DNA of 62,113 bases from a virus. Its lineage: Duplodnaviria > Caudoviricetes. The DNA is taken from positions 1 to 62,113 of IMG/VR virus record IMGVR_UViG_3300021962_000103. One strand, given 5' to 3'. Below the pieces are notes generated by a model. It ran no database searches. It was not told where the DNA came from and worked only from the letters and a program-made list of their open reading frames with translations. A program made the translations under genes and the position numbers. This document shows positions 48,666 to 56,363 of this stretch, piece by piece (within the stretch, counting starts at the first letter, position 1; each line of letters begins with the position of its first letter).

Positions 48666-49735
48666 ATAACACTTTTTATAGGTTTTACAAATTCTTGTAG
48701 ATTACTCCATGCAGTATCTCTTGGTAAAACTTTGTTTAATTCTTTTAAAAACTCTTTATGTTCTGGGTGGGTTGGTTTCCACACTTGATGATATAATAAT
48801 TCATCTTCAGTAAAGGTATCCCAATCAGTAATTTTACTATAAAATATATTTCCTTTAATGCCAAATATAGAAATCATAATATCGTGAAAATCTTTCATTT
48901 CTTTGTAGTTATGTTTTTGAACAACGAACGATAGTTTAACCGATTTTAATGCTGGAATGGTTTCTATAAATTTTAAATTATCAATCAACTCATCCCATTT
49001 ACCTCCCAATCTTACTTTATTTTCGTAAGTATCCTTAGTAGCAGCATCAATAGATATTTCACAACTCTTTACATATTTGTGAATGTTTGACATCGAATCC
49101 CACATTTTTTTATTCCATCGAGTTGCATTTGTATGAAGATGTATTTTTTCTAGTTTTGGCCACTTCTCTCTATCAAACTCTCGTAAAAAATCTCTAAAAC
49201 CAACTGATATAAATGGGTCACCCGTGCCGGTTATATATATGGTTCTAACTTCATGACCAAAATCATTTTGAATATCAATGATATTTTGTTTAACGAATTT
49301 TATTTCATCACTATTGGCCATTATTAAACGAACTCTACACGATGGACATTTTAAGTTACAACTATCATCAAATGAGAATTGTACAATTCTTGGTGAATTT
49401 AATTTATTAGATTTATGTTTTTCAATTAACTCCACTAATGTAGTTGGTAAATTATCTTTATGGTATATAGGTTCAACCTTACCAACATTACCAAAAGATT
49501 TTATTTGATTTAAATATGGACATATTTTAGAATCACAATATCGATAACTACCATCTAAGATGGATTCTCTAATATCATACGCTTCATTTGAATTCCAAGC
49601 GTCATATGGAGTTGAATTTTCGGGTAGATTATTTCGTAACCACCCATCACAACATAAGAATCTTTTTGATTTTCTTACTTCTATTGAAGAGAATGGAACT
49701 GCACATATATAATTTTTTAAATCTTTGCTTTCCAT
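48662..49735 (-). CDS. Radical SAM protein with N-terminal SPASM/twitch-like Cys cluster
   Basis: CNLKCPSC; N-terminal C..PF...CC...WNS...IR...C...CP; TGTGDPF; HTNAT; ISIDAA. Confidence 0.88.
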   Translation of the reverse strand: MESKDLKNYICAVPFSSIEVRKSKRFLCCDGWLRNNLPENSTPYDAWNSNEAYDIRESILDGSYRYCDSKICPYLNQIKSFGNVGKVEPIYHKDNLPTTLVELIEKHKSNKLNSPRIVQFSFDDSCNLKCPSCRVRLIMANSDEIKFVKQNIIDIQNDFGHEVRTIYITGTGDPFISVGFRDFLREFDREKWPKLEKIHLHTNATRWNKKMWDSMSNIHKYVKSCEISIDAATKDTYENKVRLGGKWDELIDNLKFIETIPALKSVKLSFVVQKHNYKEMKDFHDIMISIFGIKGNIFYSKITDWDTFTEDELLYHQVWKPTHPEHKEFLKELNKVLPRDTAWSNLQEFVKPIKSVI

Positions 49736-50223
49736 TATATTATATTAGTTTTGTCAATTAAATCAGTTCTTAATCTATCTTTACTTTTTTCATCAAAAAA
49801 ATCTTCATAATATTGAATTGGTGTTTGTAATACATCAGATAATATTTGTAAATCATTTTTCATCTGTATTAGCAATTTTTTTGAATCGTTTATAACTTTA
49901 TCCGAAGGGGCTTTGTACTTGTATGGTTTTGTCGAATCATATCCTAATGGAATATTATGATAAATATATGTATATGACTCAAGGTGTTCTTTAAAATTTT
50001 TTCTACTTAATAATATTATCTCATCAAAATCTTTAGATAGTTGTATATTATTTGGGTGTTGAAATATTATTGTTTTTAATACAATATTATCTTGCCCATC
50101 ATATAAAAATCTACCACTGCCATCAAACGGTTCGAATAATGGAATTAGTTTTTTTTCTTTTGCTATTTTATACAATAAAGAAGTTGAACCAGTTCTAGGT
50201 AAACCAATTATCAAAATCCTCAT
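49735..50223 (-). CDS. Sulfotransferase-like P-loop protein
   Basis: IIGLPRTGSTSL...EPF...LSRKN...S...YYEDF. Confidence 0.7.
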   Translation of the reverse strand: MRILIIGLPRTGSTSLLYKIAKEKKLIPLFEPFDGSGRFLYDGQDNIVLKTIIFQHPNNIQLSKDFDEIILLSRKNFKEHLESYTYIYHNIPLGYDSTKPYKYKAPSDKVINDSKKLLIQMKNDLQILSDVLQTPIQYYEDFFDEKSKDRLRTDLIDKTNII

Positions 50224-50762
50224 ATTAATGTTTTATTTTCGGTTTGTCTTGTTGTAGATTTAATTGTTATATCAGAAATTTCAATGTTATAATCCAACTC
50301 AATGATAAAATTTAAAATTTTAAATAAATCCTCAAATTTTAGTTTATTATAATCACCTCCAAACATTTTGTTATTTTCCAATGTACTTGGATTAAAATTT
50401 ATTATTCTAACTTTTTTATATGGGTTTGCTATATTTAATGTTTGTGATAAATTTATTAAATGTTTTTTATTAGAAACATACAAAGGACTAAAGCACCCGT
50501 CTTCGTGTATTGCAGAAGTTCCAAAGTTTATTATTGTTTTTTCTAAATTTTTCCATTTCTCAAATAACTCATAAAATACCAAAGATTGTTTTACATCTTT
50601 GCTATAAGCATGATTTAAAAACATATCACATGATTCTATCTTTGATATTATAACATCAATATCTTCTCTTAAATCTATTTTTATTATATCATTGTGTTGT
50701 CCCCATGCAATTGATGCATAGTTACCAAACCCATCCGATGTACCTGATATTGCTATTCTCAT
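50220..50762 (-). CDS. Short-chain dehydrogenase/reductase-like protein
   Basis: IAISGTSDGFG; FLNHAY; IINFGT; YVSNK (YxxxK). Confidence 0.75.
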   Translation of the reverse strand: MRIAISGTSDGFGNYASIAWGQHNDIIKIDLREDIDVIISKIESCDMFLNHAYSKDVKQSLVFYELFEKWKNLEKTIINFGTSAIHEDGCFSPLYVSNKKHLINLSQTLNIANPYKKVRIINFNPSTLENNKMFGGDYNKLKFEDLFKILNFIIELDYNIEISDITIKSTTRQTENKTLI

Positions 50763-51262
50763 AATAACTTAGAGTTTGCTATATTTAAATGATATTTGTT
50801 TAAGAATAATATAAGTGACCATCGTTCACCTTTTGTTATCTTTTTTACTTCATGTTCTCTATCACTTCTCATCGTGTAAATAGTACCAACAACTTTTGGA
50901 AGTATTTCATCTGGATTATATGCAATAAATTCACCACCTTCATATTCATCGTTTAAGCAAACACCAATATTTAAAAGTTGGTCTGGATGATTTGTTGAAT
51001 CATTATGTCTGGCAAATTCATTCCCAGTCAAATAACGATGTAAATAAATCTCTGGCATTTCGTATAGTTTATTATTGGGATATTCTGTTTTCAAAAAATC
51101 AGATAATCTATTAAAAATCCATTGAGTGGTTGAATCTCTAACTACAACATGATAATAATAATTAAAATCCTGTCTTTTAAATAAATTCGAAGAATGTGTT
51201 GATTTAAATATATTAGATAAATTTATTATTTCGGCACATTCGTTTTTTGTAAATGAAATCAT
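50759..51262 (-). CDS. 2OG-Fe(II) oxygenase
   Basis: Y...F..HND; LNDEYEGGEF; HEVKKITKGERWSL. Confidence 0.88.
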   Translation of the reverse strand: MISFTKNECAEIINLSNIFKSTHSSNLFKRQDFNYYYHVVVRDSTTQWIFNRLSDFLKTEYPNNKLYEMPEIYLHRYLTGNEFARHNDSTNHPDQLLNIGVCLNDEYEGGEFIAYNPDEILPKVVGTIYTMRSDREHEVKKITKGERWSLILFLNKYHLNIANSKLL

Positions 51263-51801
51263 AATATTTTTTTATTATCATATAATTTTAAATATTTAAA
51301 ATTAGTATTTGTCATCCAAATGTTTAAGGCACACCTAATACCATTTACAACTGGCATTACCCCATGATATATTTTACTACCATCAAACGATATTGATTGT
51401 CCAATTTTTAATTCATACTTTTCAGAATCAGTTTGTTTATGTGTTTCGGATAACATGAATCTCCCATCTGTAAAATTATCATTTAAAACTATAACAGTTG
51501 TCAATTGTGAAGTTGAATCTAAATGTAAATCCAATCTCCTACCTTCATAATATTTAGTTATACTGATGTTGACATCTTTGATTTCAAACTCTTCCAATGG
51601 AAACCATAATTTGAATTTATTATCATCATAGTTTTTTATAAATCTATCAATGATTAATTTGTTAAAATCAACATCTGCTATTCTTTTACAATCCCACACT
51701 TCGGTTGGATTATAATTAAATTTTTTACCAACTCTATCTGCGTATTCAATAATTGAATTACATTCTTCTTTTTCAAAAAAATTATTTATCGAATAATTCA
51801 T
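51259..51801 (-). CDS. 2OG-Fe(II) oxygenase
   Basis: HLD; LNDNFTDGRF; YHGVMPVVNGIR. Confidence 0.88.
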   Translation of the reverse strand: MNYSINNFFEKEECNSIIEYADRVGKKFNYNPTEVWDCKRIADVDFNKLIIDRFIKNYDDNKFKLWFPLEEFEIKDVNISITKYYEGRRLDLHLDSTSQLTTVIVLNDNFTDGRFMLSETHKQTDSEKYELKIGQSISFDGSKIYHGVMPVVNGIRCALNIWMTNTNFKYLKLYDNKKIL

Positions 51802-52433
51802 AATATTTTTTTCTCCGTAGTATCAGTTTTAAAATCAACAATTGGTTCGTTTACTTCTAACAAATCATGTAATTTTTTATACACATCATAACAACCAACT
51901 GGGCCGGGATGAAAATCTATCTCCTCACCAACTCCCTCATCCCAATTAGAAGTAGTCTGAATTAAAGTAACGAAGTCTGAAGTGCCTAAATAGAATTGTT
52001 CACTCCAAGTAACAAAGACTGGTTTATATAAATTTAACCATTTTTTTAAATTTTTTATAAAATTTATGTCATTTTGTCTAATACCGTTTACCCAATTATC
52101 ACCCTCAACTAATCTTAACTGGTCTAATTTTTTGGCAAAATGCTTATCCTTAAAAAAATTTGGTGATTTATATGGGTTATCTATAAAAGTAGAATGTCTT
52201 TCACCATAGTATCTTCTAGGTAATCTACCTGCATCTGTAAAATATATAACAATTCTATCACCCTCGATGTAATCACCTAAATTTCCTAACTGAAATAATA
52301 TAGAATAATTATCAGCTCCCAATTTACCGAACTTAATAACTTCATAATGGTTTTCTAAATAATGAGTCCAATGAAATTTAGGTAAGTGCCAATCAACAAA
52401 AGAATCACCAAAACAAAATAATCGAGGTTTCAT
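51798..52433 (-). CDS. SGNH/GDSL hydrolase-fold protein
   Basis: FCFGDSF; GKLGADN; DFHPGP; start re-assigned to MKPRLF. Confidence 0.7.
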   Translation of the reverse strand: MKPRLFCFGDSFVDWHLPKFHWTHYLENHYEVIKFGKLGADNYSILFQLGNLGDYIEGDRIVIYFTDAGRLPRRYYGERHSTFIDNPYKSPNFFKDKHFAKKLDQLRLVEGDNWVNGIRQNDINFIKNLKKWLNLYKPVFVTWSEQFYLGTSDFVTLIQTTSNWDEGVGEEIDFHPGPVGCYDVYKKLHDLLEVNEPIVDFKTDTTEKKIL

Positions 52434-52446
52434 AACTACTATTTTT

Positions 52447-52611
52447 TTAATTTTTTTTCCACCACCCAAATTGAAATTTTTTTTCATCAAGATTAGTATG
52501 TGTGGTATCCATATTAAATGGTTCTGCTATAACATGATATTTTTGATTACCAAAAGCATTTGATAATGATATTGTTCCACATCTACCTATCCCCACTAAC
52601 AAAATTTTCAC
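52447..52611 (-). pseudogene. Truncated sulfotransferase-like ORF (54 aa)
   Basis: GTG start coupled to upstream stop; MKILLVGIGRCGTISL...IAEPFN parallels MRILIIGLPRTGSTSL...LFEPFD of 49735..50223, then stops in poly-A runs. Confidence 0.6.
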
Positions 52612-53108
52612 AGTAAAGATTGTTTTTTATTAAACATGATAACCAATACTCTTCGTTGTCCTGACTCTACCGATGTCACAGAATGTATGTGTGTATGACC
52701 GTTGAATGAAATATATTGACCTTTTTTTGTTAAATTCATATCAGTATCATCAACTAATAGTTTACCTCCAGTAAATGAATCAGATAGTAGTATTAAAGTT
52801 GTTTGTAACACATAATATGCATCTCTATGTGGTGTTGTGTAATCGCCCGTATCATAAATCAGTTCATAGAAAAAATCTATATCATAATCCGGATTTCCAA
52901 ATTTATTTAATATAAATTTATTAAGTTCACTATCATGTAATCCATAATGTTTCATTGATGATAATATAAGTGCATTATCATCTCTCATTACTGCGTATGG
53001 ATGTTTTTTTTGTAAAGTTTTATATTCAATTTCACTCATTCCCATATTCTTTGAAAGGGAATCATTAATATAATTTAACTCATCTTGTGTTAGAAAATCT
53101 ACAATCAT
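52608..53108 (-). CDS. 2OG-Fe(II) oxygenase
   Basis: HRD; LSDSFTGGKL; HSVTSVESGQRR. Confidence 0.85.
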   Translation of the reverse strand: MIVDFLTQDELNYINDSLSKNMGMSEIEYKTLQKKHPYAVMRDDNALILSSMKHYGLHDSELNKFILNKFGNPDYDIDFFYELIYDTGDYTTPHRDAYYVLQTTLILLSDSFTGGKLLVDDTDMNLTKKGQYISFNGHTHIHSVTSVESGQRRVLVIMFNKKQSLL

Positions 53109-53109
53109 T

Positions 53110-53700
53110 TTATAATAATGTTTTTTTATTATCGTTATTAAATTTTTTTTCTCGTATCCAAATAACTAAAATATATTTAATACCATCTATAACAGGTAAT
53201 CCTGCATGTTTAGTTCTCCTATTTGGTGTTCTATCTTCATTTAAATTTTTCCAAAATAATAAATCACCAACTCTACCCTTTATTTTAATATTTTCAGAAG
53301 GAAATACAGTTTCACCTCCAATATAATTATCATTTAAATATATAATACTTGTTATTAACCTGTCTCCCATTTGTGGTTGGGGTATATTTTCTATGTTGCC
53401 AAAAAAATCGTGATGGGGTTTATATTGATTGCCCGTTTCATATTTAATAAAAGAAATTGGGGTTTCTTGATTATCAATATCAGTATTTGTTTTAATTGAT
53501 ACTATTTTACGAACTTTTTTTAAAAGAATACTTTCATCATCATAAAGACCAATTTTTGCATCTCTATAATTTATAGTACCAACTATGGTTTCTGCCGTTT
53601 TGAATTTATTAAATTCATCTATTAAATTTTTACACTCTATACTTGTTAGTACGTTTTCTTCAAGTTGGTAAGTAAAAATATCATTTTTTAATAATTTCAT
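53110..53700 (-). CDS. Prolyl 4-hydroxylase-like 2OG-Fe(II) oxygenase
   Basis: E.....KYETGNQYKPHHDFF; RLITSIIYLND..GGETVFP; HAGLPVIDGIKY...WIRE. Confidence 0.9.
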   Translation of the reverse strand: MKLLKNDIFTYQLEENVLTSIECKNLIDEFNKFKTAETIVGTINYRDAKIGLYDDESILLKKVRKIVSIKTNTDIDNQETPISFIKYETGNQYKPHHDFFGNIENIPQPQMGDRLITSIIYLNDNYIGGETVFPSENIKIKGRVGDLLFWKNLNEDRTPNRRTKHAGLPVIDGIKYILVIWIREKKFNNDNKKTLL

Positions 53701-53703
53701 AAT

Positions 53704-54198
53704 TCATATAACACTTTTTATTTTAGTTGTATCTTTTTTTAAATCTCTAAATCGTAAAAAAAATAATGCAGAGTATCGTGTACCTTTTGTTATTTTTTTA
53801 ACTTCATGATATTCATTTGATTTGTAATGATAAATCTCTCCCATCGGTTTTGGGTATGGAACATCATTTAAATAAAATTCACCACCCTCATAATCATCAT
53901 TTAATAAAACATTTATGTTATATATAAAATCCTTAGTATGTTTTGTTCCTCCCATATCTATATGTCTAGCAAATACATCGCCGGGGAAATATTTTATAAT
54001 ACCAACTTCAAGATTGATTATATCTATATTTAATTGTGTTTTACAATATTCAATAATCAAGTTTTTAATATCACCATCTTCTAATGCAAGTACAACGGTT
54101 CTATACGATGTTTTAACACCAAATCTTATTCGTTTCCACTCATCTTTAGATTCGGCCAAATTAATCAAATACTCACATTGTTCTTTAGTTAGATTCAT
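53704..54198 (-). CDS. 2OG-Fe(II) oxygenase
   Basis: FARHID; LNDDYEGGEF; HEVKKITKGTRYS. Confidence 0.88.
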   Translation of the reverse strand: MNLTKEQCEYLINLAESKDEWKRIRFGVKTSYRTVVLALEDGDIKNLIIEYCKTQLNIDIINLEVGIIKYFPGDVFARHIDMGGTKHTKDFIYNINVLLNDDYEGGEFYLNDVPYPKPMGEIYHYKSNEYHEVKKITKGTRYSALFFLRFRDLKKDTTKIKSVI

Positions 54199-54692
54199 AT
54201 AATTGTTTTATTTAATTTATCATCATCTACAAAATTTGTTATAGAACCATAAATACCAATTCTATTTGGTATTGAACAACTACTTCCTATAAAATTTTCA
54301 GTTTTAAATAGTAATAGGTCACCATCATCTACTGATATTTCATTTATACCGGTTTGTGAATTTATTAAAATTTTACTATTTAAAGATTTTGTAAAAAAAA
54401 TAAATGAATACTTTGATATTAGATTTATATCATTTTTTAATTGTTTGGTAAATTTAATTTCTTCATTATTGTTTTCGGTGAAAGTAAAAATAGTTTTAAC
54501 ATATGTATTGAAATTTTCACCAGTCATTAATTTTAATTCATCTAAAATATTTTCTATTAGATGTGAAAAAATCTTTGATTGAATCATTAATATTCTTTTG
54601 TTAGATTGTATTTTTACATTCTTGACATTTGTATTTATTTCATCCTCTAAAGATATCAAATCAACATTTAATTTTATTATTTTATATAGCAT
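54195..54692 (-). CDS. Degenerate 2OG-oxygenase/cupin-fold-like protein
   Basis: YSFIFF...DGDLLLF...NRIGIYGSI echoes its neighbour's fold but the His/Asp metal ligands are missing. Confidence 0.45.
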   Translation of the reverse strand: MLYKIIKLNVDLISLEDEINTNVKNVKIQSNKRILMIQSKIFSHLIENILDELKLMTGENFNTYVKTIFTFTENNNEEIKFTKQLKNDINLISKYSFIFFTKSLNSKILINSQTGINEISVDDGDLLLFKTENFIGSSCSIPNRIGIYGSITNFVDDDKLNKTII

Positions 54693-54694
54693 AA

Positions 54695-55357
54695 TTAGTT
54701 AGTTACATAATCATAAAAATTAATTCTTTTGTTTGTTTCTCTGGTGTGTGTAAAATTATAGTTAATGTTTGTTGTATATACAATTCTATTTGATTTTGCT
54801 TGTAATGTTGGTATTGGCATGTGGGGTAAATCGCCGGGAAAAAATATTATATCATTTTCCTTTGGTGTAAATGAATGAAGTATATCATCTTCTGTTTTAA
54901 AAATCAAATTACCCTCATCATCTTTTAAGTTTGGAGGTATCTGAATATAAAAAACATAGGTCCATTGTGTTTTTAAGATGGTTCTGTTTGATGATTCAAC
55001 CCAATCGTGTGTATGCATCCATTCTATTTTAAATTCGGGAATTTGAACATATATCCAACTTGATGTTACATATGTATTTATGGGTGTGGATAACTTTGAT
55101 TCTAAAAAATTTAAAGATTGGGTATCTACCGATTTAAATTCATCACATTCAATGTGTAATTCAAGTGAATTGGGGTATTCTGATTTTTTACCATGGTACA
55201 ACAACTCGTTTTGTTTTACTCTATTTAAAAAATCATCTTTAGAGTATTTTCTATTATATGTTGTTTTATAGATTGTATATTTTTCAGATAAATTATATTG
55301 TTCGAAATCTCCTAAGCTTTTCATACTTGCCGTATTTTGTAAATAATTCGCTGCCAC
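54695..55357 (-). CDS. 2OG-Fe(II) oxygenase (2OG-FeII_Oxy_5-like); start uncertain
   Basis: WMHTH; WTYVFYIQIP; GNLIF; PKENDIIFFPGDLPH; RIVYTTN. Confidence 0.8.
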   Translation of the reverse strand: MAANYLQNTASMKSLGDFEQYNLSEKYTIYKTTYNRKYSKDDFLNRVKQNELLYHGKKSEYPNSLELHIECDEFKSVDTQSLNFLESKLSTPINTYVTSSWIYVQIPEFKIEWMHTHDWVESSNRTILKTQWTYVFYIQIPPNLKDDEGNLIFKTEDDILHSFTPKENDIIFFPGDLPHMPIPTLQAKSNRIVYTTNINYNFTHTRETNKRINFYDYVTN

Positions 55358-55727
55358 ACTTTATATTTTTTTTAGAGATTAATAAATCTCTATCCATATT
55401 AGGTTCTTCATTCCATGAACAACTATTAACCCAATGTAGGGGATTTTTAAATATCCAATGACAATCCTTGTTAAGAATTATTCTCATTTTCCAACTACCC
55501 ATATGATTATCGAAAGAAAACATATCGTATAAATGATATTGTACATTTTCGTCTAATTGGAAAAAATCATCTTGATTTAAAAAATATTCTCCAGATTCAC
55601 CCTCCCAATTAACAAATAGGGGCTCACCCTCTTTAATTGTTCTTAATGCAAACACACCAACTCCTTGTACTGTACTTGGTGCCAATTTTACATTTACATG
55701 ATTTTTAACATATTCAAATGCTGTCAT
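55293..55727 (-). CDS. SET-domain protein (putative lysine methyltransferase)
   Basis: PSTVQGVGVFALRTIKEGE; WVNSC...PN; IKCGSELFTKYG. Confidence 0.85.
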   Translation of the reverse strand: MTAFEYVKNHVNVKLAPSTVQGVGVFALRTIKEGEPLFVNWEGESGEYFLNQDDFFQLDENVQYHLYDMFSFDNHMGSWKMRIILNKDCHWIFKNPLHWVNSCSWNEEPNMDRDLLISKKNIKCGSELFTKYGKYEKLRRFRTI

Positions 55728-56197
55728 ATAAAGTTTTTTGGGTTTGTTTTAAATTGAGAACCATAGTTTGCTAATATTTCTTCACCTTTCTTAATTTTTT
55801 TAATGGCGAAAGCACCTTTGTTTGATAGGGTGTCTACATTAGCTTTACTCAATCCACTATTTAAAAACATTGATGGCCAAACAAATACCCAATGACATCC
55901 TTTAATTAAAGGAAAAAATATTTTACCATATTCAAATCTTAATAATGAAATTTCATTATTTTCATCATGTGAATAAAGTTTATTATCAAAAGTTTCGTAT
56001 ATACTTTTTTCAAGTTCAACCGGTAATGTAAATAATTCTTCTTGTGTTATTGAATATATACCCGTTTCGCCTGTCCAAGGTTCAAAAATAAACGTACCCT
56101 CTTCAATATCTTTTATGGCGAAAAAACCCACACCCGCAACAGAACTGGGTTTGATTATACTAACAACCTTTTGCTGTAGATATTCTATTGGACTCAT
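55724..56197 (-). CDS. SET-domain protein (putative lysine methyltransferase)
   Basis: PSSVAGVGFFAIKDIEEG; FLNS...AN; AIKKIKKGEEILANYG. Confidence 0.85.
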   Translation of the reverse strand: MSPIEYLQQKVVSIIKPSSVAGVGFFAIKDIEEGTFIFEPWTGETGIYSITQEELFTLPVELEKSIYETFDNKLYSHDENNEISLLRFEYGKIFFPLIKGCHWVFVWPSMFLNSGLSKANVDTLSNKGAFAIKKIKKGEEILANYGSQFKTNPKNFI

Positions 56198-56214
56198 AAG
56201 TGATTATAAAAAAA

Positions 56215-56358
56215 TTAAGAATGTTTAACTTTTATCAACTCCATTAGTTTTGATAATATAGTAAACCCCTTTTCTTTTTTTTCATCACTAATTGGAGAAC
56301 CTTGTCTCAATTTAGCATCAATAATACTTATTGACTTATATTCAGTTGGTTTTATCAT
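56215..56358 (-). CDS. Small Lys-rich protein (47 aa)
   Basis: Manual translation MIKPTEYKSISIIDAKLRQGSPISDEKKEKGFTILSKLMELIKVKHS; fills the gap between the Hint protein and the SET gene. Confidence 0.6.
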   Translation of the reverse strand: MIKPTEYKSISIIDAKLRQGSPISDEKKEKGFTILSKLMELIKVKHS

Positions 56359-56363
56359 GGTTC

